Below are positions 10,401-18,293 of a stretch of 64,000 nucleotides of DNA, piece by piece. The notes beneath the pieces were generated by a model. The model saw only the letters and a list, made by a program, of their open reading frames with translations. It was not told the origin of the DNA and did no database searches. Both the position numbers and the translations under genes were made by a program. This DNA comes from a virus (taxonomy: Duplodnaviria > Heunggongvirae > Uroviricota > Caudoviricetes): positions 5,975 to 69,974 of the IMG/VR virus record IMGVR_UViG_3300032330_001609; one strand, written 5' to 3'. Numbering within the stretch: position 1 is the first letter of the stretch; each line of letters starts with the position of its first letter.

Positions 10401-13265
10401 GGTTCAAGTGGTACTTCAGGAACATCAGGTGTTAGTGTAAGATTTAGTGGTTCATCAGTAACTTGTATTAATTTGAGTAGTTTAGTTATTGGAAATAATG
10501 TGCCACTGACAGGAACAACCAATTTATCTTATTCAGTTGGACAAGGTGTTTTAGTGGTATACGATGTTTCAAATTATTTTACAGGTAATATTATATCATA
10601 TAACTCAACAACCGGTGAATTTGTTATTAAAGTAACAGATGTTGTCGGTTCAGGTAATTTATGTTCTTGGACAATAAATTTACAAGGTTCTCCGGGAACA
10701 GATGGTTCATCGGGTACAAGTGGTACTTCAGGTTCATCAGGAACAAGTGGTAGTGCCGGTACTTCAGGTTCATCAGGAACCTCAGGTTCAAGTGGTACAA
10801 GCGGAACATCAGGGTCTTCAGGAACATCAGGAACAAGCGGCGCTAATGGTACTTCAGGTGCCAATGGAACGTCAGGTACAAGCGGTGCTAATGGTACATC
10901 CGGAACTTCAGGTTCATCAGGAACATCAGGTAGTTCAGGAACAAGCGGAACTTCAGGTGCTAACGGTACTTCGGGCACAAGTGGTTCTTCAGGAACTAGT
11001 GGGACATCAGGTATTAATGGAACTTCAGGCACATCAGGTTCAAGTGGTACTAGCGGTATTAACGGAACATCGGGTACTTCAGGAACAAGCGGTGCTAATG
11101 GTACATCCGGAACTTCGGGGTCATCAGGAACATCAGGTAGTTCAGGAACAAGTGGTGCTAATGGAACTTCAGGCACAAGCGGTTCTTCGGGTACAAGTGG
11201 TTCTTCAGGCACTAGTGGTGTAAACGGAACGTCAGGTACTTCAGGTATAAATGGAACAAGTGGCACAAGTGGTTCTTCAGGTACATCAGGTGCCAATGGA
11301 ACATCAGGAACAAGTGGTACTAGCGGTATTAACGGAACATCGGGGACAAGCGGAACTTCAGGTGCTAACGGTACTTCGGGGACAAGTGGTATAAACGGAA
11401 CATCAGGAACAAGCGGTACTTCAGGTGCTAATGGAACATCAGGAACAAGCGGTTCAAGTGGAACATCAGGTACTAGAGGAACATCAGGTAGTTCAGGTGC
11501 GAATGGGACTTCAGGAACATCGGGTACTAGAGGGACTTCAGGTTCATCGGGTTCATCAGGTACAAGTGGTACGGGTACATCGGGAACATCAGGTGTTAGT
11601 GGTTCAGGAACATCAGGAACATCAGGTGTGAATGGGACATCAGGAACATCAGGAGCAAACGGTATTGATGGTGTAGCCGGAGCTTCAGGAACTGCAGGAA
11701 CAAGCGGTTTAGGTACGTCAGGAACAAGTGGTTCATCAGGTACTAGTGGTACATCAGGTGCTAACGGGACTTCAGGAACATCCGGGGCTAACGGTACAAG
11801 TGGAACTTCAGGTTCTTCAGGTACAAGTGGAACTTCAGGAGAACAAGGTTATAAAGGAGGTTTACTATATCAATTTGGAGCGTCTACCACAGGAAAATTT
11901 TTCTTTAGTCCAAGTTCTCCAATTAGTAGTGTTAATCAAATATATATTAATGATACTACTTATGACGGTGCGTTAGTTAATAATTATATAATAAGTTGGG
12001 ATGATTCAACAGGAACGCCATCAGGTTATGTTATAATACAAAGTAACACTAATGGGGATTCAACATACGCAATTTTTGAATTAACCGGTGTTATTTCAAA
12101 TGCGGGTTATCAACAATTACAAGTTAGTTATGTTGATGGTACTTTACCAAGTACAAATGAATTATGTGTTATTAGTTTTTCAAGAACCGGTGATGTCGGT
12201 GGTTCAGGTACTTCAGGTACTTCGGGAACAAGAGGAACTTCCGGGTCATCAGGTTCGTCAGGTACAAGCGGAACTTCAGGAGCATCAGGTTTATCAGGAA
12301 CGAGTGGTACTTCGGGTGCTAACGGAACATCAGGTACATCAGGTACAAGAGGAACTTCAGGTTCAAGTGGTACTTCAGGTGCTAATGGAACTGCCGGAAC
12401 ATCAGGTATTAATGGTTCAGGAACTGCCGGGACATCAGGTGTTAGTGGTTCGGGTACTGCTGGAACATCAGGTACTTCAAGTTCATATGCTACTGCGGTG
12501 AACATAACAAATCAAACTACAGGGGCGGCATATTATTATCCTGTGTTTGTTTCTCAAGATGGTGCATCTCAAACTTTGTATGTTGACCACGAAATACCAT
12601 CATATTTTGGTTTAGCTTATTACCCATCTAGTAAGACTTTTGTTGTTGGTACTAATAATAGTGGGAACATTAGTACAGATTACGTTAATGCGACTTATTC
12701 TTTTCAAGTTCAAAATGTTGGTGCGGGTATGTACCAAGATGGTAGTAATTTAGCAATTGGCGATTATGGGGCAAACACTGTTTTAACAACATTGTGGGGT
12801 GAAGGTGGTGTCAATATTGGTGAATTAACGGGTGGTGGTCTTAAATTCAACGAAAGAACAACGTATAAACAACCAACTTCAAATATTGGTTATGGTGATG
12901 TTGTTTATTATGGTAGTTCAGGTGGTGCGTTAACCGCCGGTCTTATTTATTATTTGAATACTGCGGGTTCTTGGACTATAGCCAATTCAAACTTAGCGTC
13001 ATCTTCCAAATATATGTTGGGTATTGCGTTAGGAAGTTCGATATCTAGTGGTATGTTAGTTAGAGGTTATGCAAAATTTGCTGTGGGTAATTACTCAACA
13101 GTAACCATAGGACAAATACTTTATTTAGGAACAACAAACGGATATTTCCAATCAACAGCACCTGCATCAACAGGACAGGTGGTTAGAGTTGTTGGTTATT
13201 GTGTTGATGCGACAAATGATATTATTTATTTTTGTCCTGATAATACTTGGGTAGAAATCGCGTAA
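7461..13265 (+). CDS. Giant Gly-Thr-Ser triplet-repeat (collagen-like G-X-Y) fibre protein, 1934 aa
   Basis: Five blocks with Gly at every third residue (GTS/GSS/GAN/GIN) separated by globular domains; C-terminal domain GQILYL...TAP...VRVVGY typical of phage fibres. Confidence 0.8.
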   Translation: MSNLNYKNPLSPLIANGSQTSLRTSTFGTTFSVLNTGGFMEVYTLNDLIYSIPSGSNGDIEFSGNTIPVQLWKGTGSSFSFDTLTLNSDNISSGRRRLGMLVYVYETDQIYQYSIDNYNTLWSNALASSGPGGNTIVISDFGTTVKNNTPEGQTFIDTWTGSTIEGVNGVTRPNARWRKYSSATDIYVTGGTYFSASTTLDLYRNDGATISITGFTSGGGGTGTSGTSGTSGTNGTSGANGTSGTSGMDGTSGTSGENGTSGVNGTSGESGTSGVNGTSGESGTSGISGTSGSSGIDGTSGSSGTSGIDGTSGSSGTSGNNGTSGINGTSGESGTSGISGTSGISGTSGSSGTSGSSGTSGTNGRNGTSGVSGTSGLSGTSGLSGTSGSSGTSGSSGESGTSGNSGNDGSNSSRWEYNINISPFNDPSGKRFLSDSSLSAVTKFSISKINIYNVNFYQWLNELSTIYSNHNRVFFQITKVGDNSVSANYYVDNVIDNTNYFDISLSYIAGTGTLVDRDVCTISWVYNGLNGTSGLSGTSGTSGANGTRGTSGNSGTSGTSGLNGTSGTSGTSGISGTSGTSGVNGTSGTSGTSGNNGTSGTSGINGTSGTAGTSGTAGSSGTSGTSGVNGTSGTSGNNGTSGTSGTSGINGTSGTSGTSGSSGTSGSSGTSGTSGTAGSSGTSGINGTSGTSGSSGTSGTSGSSGTSGSSGTTGTSGSSGTSGSSGTSGTSGSSGTSGTAGTTGSSGTSGTSGSSGTSGQNGISGGQNLFFNQSIAETPSPFRQLNKLTSGAAQQTVVVNMTSNQQNVLVSTGFITATGIPNALVIPNGIWHSYIYFTKNASNNDIDYYFTVSKYTTGGTTTLLFTSDAAPLGWDTNNTTPVEVKTNGVATTAVLVPSDRLIVNLYVNNKDNQSRSITFYTEGTQHYSYIVTTLEAVSGSSGTSGTSGANGTSGTSGTAGTTGSSGTSGTSGSAGTSGTSGSSGTSGTSGVSVRFSGSSVTCINLSSLVIGNNVPLTGTTNLSYSVGQGVLVVYDVSNYFTGNIISYNSTTGEFVIKVTDVVGSGNLCSWTINLQGSPGTDGSSGTSGTSGSSGTSGSAGTSGSSGTSGSSGTSGTSGSSGTSGTSGANGTSGANGTSGTSGANGTSGTSGSSGTSGSSGTSGTSGANGTSGTSGSSGTSGTSGINGTSGTSGSSGTSGINGTSGTSGTSGANGTSGTSGSSGTSGSSGTSGANGTSGTSGSSGTSGSSGTSGVNGTSGTSGINGTSGTSGSSGTSGANGTSGTSGTSGINGTSGTSGTSGANGTSGTSGINGTSGTSGTSGANGTSGTSGSSGTSGTRGTSGSSGANGTSGTSGTRGTSGSSGSSGTSGTGTSGTSGVSGSGTSGTSGVNGTSGTSGANGIDGVAGASGTAGTSGLGTSGTSGSSGTSGTSGANGTSGTSGANGTSGTSGSSGTSGTSGEQGYKGGLLYQFGASTTGKFFFSPSSPISSVNQIYINDTTYDGALVNNYIISWDDSTGTPSGYVIIQSNTNGDSTYAIFELTGVISNAGYQQLQVSYVDGTLPSTNELCVISFSRTGDVGGSGTSGTSGTRGTSGSSGSSGTSGTSGASGLSGTSGTSGANGTSGTSGTRGTSGSSGTSGANGTAGTSGINGSGTAGTSGVSGSGTAGTSGTSSSYATAVNITNQTTGAAYYYPVFVSQDGASQTLYVDHEIPSYFGLAYYPSSKTFVVGTNNSGNISTDYVNATYSFQVQNVGAGMYQDGSNLAIGDYGANTVLTTLWGEGGVNIGELTGGGLKFNERTTYKQPTSNIGYGDVVYYGSSGGALTAGLIYYLNTAGSWTIANSNLASSSKYMLGIALGSSISSGMLVRGYAKFAVGNYSTVTIGQILYLGTTNGYFQSTAPASTGQVVRVVGYCVDATNDIIYFCPDNTWVEIA
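8121..12480 (+). repeat. Five blocks of degenerate 9-bp coding repeats (approx. 8121-8690, 9041-9760, 10271-10435, 10687-11850, 12200-12480)
   Basis: GGN-ACN-TCN/AGY units with heavy synonymous variation. Confidence 0.9.
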
Positions 13266-13269
13266 TGGT

Positions 13270-13971
13270 ATGGCAACAATAAATTCAGCAACAACAAGAG
13301 GTAGTGTAAAAGCAAGTGGAACTGATTTATCTTTTGGTAGTTGGGAAGATGTTAGAGATTTAACTAATGGTAATTCAGTTTCTGTTAATACAAATGATGC
13401 TCAAGCAGTTAGAGCGGGTCAAGTTATTAGTAAACTTGCAACCACTTGGACTTGTCATAGATATTTTATGGCTTTTGATACTTCATCGGTTACTTCAGTT
13501 CCGGGGTCAGCCACGTTATATGTTTATGGAAATACAACCGCGACAAGTGATTTAATAGCCGTTAAAGCGACTGCACCAACAACCTCAACTAATATTGCAA
13601 CAACAAATTATTCAAACATAGTTGGATATACTCCAGGTACATTATCACCTATGCAAGGATTTGTTACTGAATATTCCGGTTATATTGCTCCGGGGTGGAG
13701 TACAACCGGATATAACGCTATACCATTAACTGCTGCCGCATTATCTGATATGGATAGTTTAACAACACTTAAATTAGCATTGGTTAATTATACATACGAT
13801 TATTTATTAACAGGTTTTATTGGTACTACAGTTCAAACGGGTATTAACATTACTAATCCACCCTATATTGAATATACAGGATTTGGTGGGAAGATTTATA
13901 GTATATCATTGGCGTCAATTAGTAAAGTTGATGATATCTCTAAAGGTTCTATAAGTAGAATAAACACCTAA
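13270..13971 (+). CDS. Putative virion structural protein (fibre-associated)
   Basis: Thr/Ser/Ala-rich; R.FMAFDTS....SATLYVYG resembles a DNRLRE/CBM96-like pattern; starts 4 nt after the fibre gene. Confidence 0.55.
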   Translation: MATINSATTRGSVKASGTDLSFGSWEDVRDLTNGNSVSVNTNDAQAVRAGQVISKLATTWTCHRYFMAFDTSSVTSVPGSATLYVYGNTTATSDLIAVKATAPTTSTNIATTNYSNIVGYTPGTLSPMQGFVTEYSGYIAPGWSTTGYNAIPLTAAALSDMDSLTTLKLALVNYTYDYLLTGFIGTTVQTGINITNPPYIEYTGFGGKIYSISLASISKVDDISKGSISRINT

Positions 13972-16767
13972 TTAAATTAGGTGTTGTATTTGTGATATAA
14001 TCATTTCTGAAGTAATTGATTTATGACATTCAAATTGACGTTCAGTGTTTTTATGTTCCGGACACCAATTCCAATCCCCCTTGTCAAACTTAAATTGTGG
14101 TTTGTTCCAACATCCATTACATACTGAGTTATTAACAATTCGAGTACAATTTGATGTGAACTCGTGGTTATACTCCGTAAAATTAGAAATCATTACAACG
14201 TGTTTTCCAATTGCCCAAGACAACCAAGAAAGACCACTTGACAATCCTATGAAGAATTCACTATGGTGAATACAATTCAGAGTATTCTCAATTGAGGTGT
14301 CTTTTAGTTTGGTTACGTTATTTAAGTTACCACCATTTTTAGATACGTTAATAACTTTGTATCCTTTTGATACCAAATAATTAACTAACTCTTGCCATCC
14401 GGTGGGGTTATTCCATAATTTAAGACCTGCAGTTGATTCGTTTGCAATGGTAACATATTTACCCACAAATGGTCTTGTTTTAACTTTATAATCTATTGTT
14501 GGTTTTATTTCGGTATATTCTAAACCTAAAATATCTGTTATGGTTTGTTGTAATGGAATTACGTTTGGTTGTATTGGATGTTTGGTATCTTCTTCAAACC
14601 AACCTACTTTGTACATAGCAAATAGATTATGAACCATTACACCCGGTTCAACAAATTCAAGTTCCGGATAGGTGTTTCTAACTAACTTATTCCAAAACGT
14701 ACAAACAATCACTTCACAATTATGTTTCTTCTTAAATTCCAACACATACGGAATCCAAGCGATGGTATCACCTAATGAACTTGATTCAAAAGATATGAAT
14801 ACTCGTTTGTTGTTTAAGTTTAATTTATATTGGAATATTGTTTCATTCTCAGATTTAACTTTAATTAACCAATCTGTGTAATATTCTCGTGATACTTTTG
14901 TCCACATATTGGTTGTTAAGTCGCTAGTATGATGTAGAATATCATTATCGTAAAACTCAACTCTAAATCTTTTATCAGAGTTTCCTAATATTTCAAAAAA
15001 CGGGTTATTAACAAAGTGATAATTGTAATTGATATTTGGTTCAACTTTTATATTTGACTTAGACGTGTTATCAAAGTTATATTTTAATAGATTTTTTGTA
15101 TCTTCGGAATCATATTCTTTTTTAATTAACTTGGTAACCTCATACATTTTAATCATTCTTTTACAAATGGTTGTCCAATCAAATTTAGTTCTATTTTTTT
15201 GAGTTAAGTCAACATAGTGTTTATAGTTGGAGATGATATCACTAATTGATGATGCGACCGAATTAGAATCTCTATCAGTCACTATCATCCCGTCAATTTT
15301 TTGAGACCCCTCATATGTACCAACAACCGGAAGACCACAAGAAACCGCCTCAAGTAATGTTAGGTTTGGATGACCGGCTTCTAATATTGATGGATGTAAA
15401 AAGATTGAGTGTGATTTATATAATTCTAAAATTTCATCTTCTGTTAAATTTGTTAACAATAATGTTAACTTATCATATTCCAATAAATCTTGGTGATGTT
15501 CAAAGAAGGTGTGGTTGTTCTCCGGACCAGCGATTGTAATCGGTAAGTTTAATTTTTTTGCCGCCTCGATTGCATATCTAAAACCTTTTCTATCAAACGA
15601 TGCGTTACCACCAATTCCGTTATTAGCAATACATAACAATTTATGTTCAGGTCTGTATAAATTATCTGTCTTGAAAAAATCAACCTCAACACCGTGAGAT
15701 AAGTAAAACAATTTATCGGTCTCATCAAAATAATCAACAAGGTATTCTGCGTGACAGAATGAAATAACTGACTTTTTAATTGCCTCTAAATTTTGTTTGT
15801 AATTAAATGATTCTTTACCATAGTGAACTACGTGATGGTCGTGTAATGAAAAAATATAAGGTAGACCTCTTTCCGCCGCCTCTAATGCTAAATTAGCAAT
15901 ATGGATGTGAATAATGTCGGAGTTATCGGTTGTTGCTCCGTTAAGATATTGAATGGAACATTCTTCACCCAATGAATTAAATTCTTTATGATAATTCCAT
16001 ATTATTTTTTCAACAGCTCCCCAACCATTTGGTGGTATTGAAATTACTCCCGGTGTTACTTGTGTTATTCTCATTGTATGTTTCTTAATTCCCCACTTAT
16101 GTTCAAATTCTTTTGATAATAGGGTTGTTTTATAATATAGTTCTTTTTCGTTTATTAAGTTATGACTTTTAGATTCTAAGTGATGAACTATTGAATCTTT
16201 AACCAAAGCGTGTTTGATATTGTACTTGTTTAAGGTTTGCCCGTAATCATCATCTTGGTACCAAAATGAAAACTTCTCATCAAATCCTCCGATTAAATTT
16301 AGGACATCTCTTTTAACTAATATACACCATCCGTGTAATTCAACACAAGGTTTATATCCAAAATAAAGATTACCATCTTTATAGAGGTGGGAATAATGTT
16401 TCTGAGCAAATTCCGGCTCATATGGTGAGAACGATTTGATATCCGGATTTAAGTTGTACTCTCTTTCGATGTTATTCAACCAATCTTCAGTAAAGATTAA
16501 ATCATTGTTGATAATCAACACCCATTCACTTGTACAATAGGTTAAACCAATGTTTAAGAATTTGTTATAATTAAACTTTTCGTTTGGTTTTATTATTTGT
16601 AAATTTGGATAATCGTAAATAAATTCACAATTTTTATTGGATTCCATTAACTTTATGTTAAAATTATGGTCACCTTTTGATAATAACAAAGTTTCTATAG
16701 TTTGTTTTGTTAAACCATAGAAACTCTCATTATGTGTATTTGTTAAACAAATTACGTCAATATTCAT
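13972..16767 (-). CDS. Tri-domain glycosyltransferase: GT2 + GT4 + TibC/Aah-like autotransporter O-heptosyltransferase domain
   Basis: GT2: IINNDL, GGFDEKF..WYQDDD. GT4: PPNGWGAVE, RKG, EAGHPNLTLLEAVSCGLPVV. BAHT: SLGDTIAW, FIGLSSGLSWL, CNGCW...WCPEH...FEC (4-Cys Fe site). Confidence 0.85.
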   Translation of the reverse strand: MNIDVICLTNTHNESFYGLTKQTIETLLLSKGDHNFNIKLMESNKNCEFIYDYPNLQIIKPNEKFNYNKFLNIGLTYCTSEWVLIINNDLIFTEDWLNNIEREYNLNPDIKSFSPYEPEFAQKHYSHLYKDGNLYFGYKPCVELHGWCILVKRDVLNLIGGFDEKFSFWYQDDDYGQTLNKYNIKHALVKDSIVHHLESKSHNLINEKELYYKTTLLSKEFEHKWGIKKHTMRITQVTPGVISIPPNGWGAVEKIIWNYHKEFNSLGEECSIQYLNGATTDNSDIIHIHIANLALEAAERGLPYIFSLHDHHVVHYGKESFNYKQNLEAIKKSVISFCHAEYLVDYFDETDKLFYLSHGVEVDFFKTDNLYRPEHKLLCIANNGIGGNASFDRKGFRYAIEAAKKLNLPITIAGPENNHTFFEHHQDLLEYDKLTLLLTNLTEDEILELYKSHSIFLHPSILEAGHPNLTLLEAVSCGLPVVGTYEGSQKIDGMIVTDRDSNSVASSISDIISNYKHYVDLTQKNRTKFDWTTICKRMIKMYEVTKLIKKEYDSEDTKNLLKYNFDNTSKSNIKVEPNINYNYHFVNNPFFEILGNSDKRFRVEFYDNDILHHTSDLTTNMWTKVSREYYTDWLIKVKSENETIFQYKLNLNNKRVFISFESSSLGDTIAWIPYVLEFKKKHNCEVIVCTFWNKLVRNTYPELEFVEPGVMVHNLFAMYKVGWFEEDTKHPIQPNVIPLQQTITDILGLEYTEIKPTIDYKVKTRPFVGKYVTIANESTAGLKLWNNPTGWQELVNYLVSKGYKVINVSKNGGNLNNVTKLKDTSIENTLNCIHHSEFFIGLSSGLSWLSWAIGKHVVMISNFTEYNHEFTSNCTRIVNNSVCNGCWNKPQFKFDKGDWNWCPEHKNTERQFECHKSITSEMIISQIQHLI

Positions 16768-16768
16768 C

Positions 16769-17314
16769 TTATCTTTTTATTCCCCAAAAATATAAATCAC
16801 AAGATGATGGTTCGTATTCAAAATTAAAATCTGAAAAAGTATTGTTAATCTCAATCACCGCTCGGATATCATCTTCTGTTAAGTTTTTATAGTAATTCGC
16901 CCATTTTTCATCAATTCCTTCTAAGAACGGTGCGTCGGCAGGATTAGACCTCAATGTTCCGTGTTCCGGTCTTCCGGTGGATGCACAAGTAAACACCATA
17001 AGTCCACCCGGTCTTAATAACCTTACCATATTTTGTAATGTTCTTGAATAGTACATATCGTGTTCAAAACATTCTGCGGATGTGACCACATCAAATTGAA
17101 ATCCTGAATCATATAAATGCCCCGGACAAACAACGTCCACATTTGGCCCCTGAGCTAAATCAACACCAACATAATAAAATGGATGGTCGAATACGTGTTT
17201 AATGTTTCCGTTTATATCTAATGACCCAATGTCCAATACTTTAACATCACTAAAATATCTTGGGTATGCTTGTTTAACTCTATTAAAAAAATCTTGTTGT
17301 AGTTCGTGAGCCAT
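16769..17314 (-). CDS. Class I SAM-dependent methyltransferase (probably glycan O-methyltransferase)
   Basis: VLDIGS.DING, YVGVD, FDVVTSAECFEHD, LLRPGG. Confidence 0.85.
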   Translation of the reverse strand: MAHELQQDFFNRVKQAYPRYFSDVKVLDIGSLDINGNIKHVFDHPFYYVGVDLAQGPNVDVVCPGHLYDSGFQFDVVTSAECFEHDMYYSRTLQNMVRLLRPGGLMVFTCASTGRPEHGTLRSNPADAPFLEGIDEKWANYYKNLTEDDIRAVIEINNTFSDFNFEYEPSSCDLYFWGIKR

Positions 17315-17315
17315 A

Positions 17316-18293
17316 TTAATTAATCTCTATTATTCCTTTATCTTTTATTTTTTCTAAATTTTCTTCAGTCAATTCGTATGTTTTAATATAATCAATTGAA
17401 CCGTCAATGTCAAATACTGTTAATTTTAATGTGTTACCTAAAGTGAACTCTCGATAAAACCAATGTGATGGTAACATTAACTTATCCTCAATAACCTCAC
17501 CATTAAATTCCACCAATATTTTTTTAACTTCATCTTTTAATGTGTTGTTATGACAATATAAAACAGGGTATGATGGGTTGTGAACATTATAGAGTAATTC
17601 AAATATAAAACTCTCAACTCTAAAAATGTTAATTTGACTTTCGTTAAAGTATTCACTAGAGTGAACATCAATAATTAAAAAGTCATCTTCAAGATGTTTT
17701 AACTTATTGTAAAACGCCAATTCTAATGTATGACTCATTGATGTTTCATACCATTCATTCTCCGTAGTTGGAATCACAAATTTCACATTTAGATATTTTG
17801 GTGAAATCCCAAACAATTGAGTTTCGTATACGTATGAATTATCCTGTCTAAATGATTCCGGTTTGAAAAAGATACATTGTTTATTCTTACTAACCATCTC
17901 GTTTAATAAAGTAAGAAACTTATTAACATCATTTGGGGTGAAGATATTATCATTTTCAACAAAAAACACAAAATCATAGTTTTTTATTTCAGAAAACTTA
18001 AAAGAATTAAACATATTTTGACAAATTGGTAATGAATGTCTTGAATTGAATACTTTTATATGAAAGTTATGACTGTTAAACCAATAATACGGTGAACGGT
18101 CTTTTGGTGTTAATGTTTGATTCTTATCGTAAATGTAATAATCAACCATATCTTGTAATTCAACTGATACCGGATAATGACTAACAATCATAAAATCAAA
18201 CCCCAAACTTTTAAGGGATTCAATCTCTTGTTTTAACACCTCTTCTTTTTTAGTTGTATTTGGATATGCTCCGATAACAATTAGAACTTTCAT
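17316..18293 (-). CDS. Putative GT-A-like protein, paralogous to the middle domain of the upstream gene
   Basis: IGAYPNT...IESLK.LG...VSHYP...VDYYIYD aligns with IGTYPNT...IESVK.LG...VTHYP...VDYYVYD. Confidence 0.6.
   Translation of the reverse strand: MKVLIVIGAYPNTTKKEEVLKQEIESLKSLGFDFMIVSHYPVSVELQDMVDYYIYDKNQTLTPKDRSPYYWFNSHNFHIKVFNSRHSLPICQNMFNSFKFSEIKNYDFVFFVENDNIFTPNDVNKFLTLLNEMVSKNKQCIFFKPESFRQDNSYVYETQLFGISPKYLNVKFVIPTTENEWYETSMSHTLELAFYNKLKHLEDDFLIIDVHSSEYFNESQINIFRVESFIFELLYNVHNPSYPVLYCHNNTLKDEVKKILVEFNGEVIEDKLMLPSHWFYREFTLGNTLKLTVFDIDGSIDYIKTYELTEENLEKIKDKGIIEIN

Noticed and set aside
8121-12480. Possible CRISPR array or satellite
   Set aside because: Repeats are in-frame, synonymous-degenerate coding triplets with no spacers.
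7916-12505. Antisense and alternate-frame ORFs (VPEVPL..., VLQVQV...) over the GTS gene
   Set aside because: Shadow ORFs produced by the stop-free 9-bp repeat; no independent start signals.
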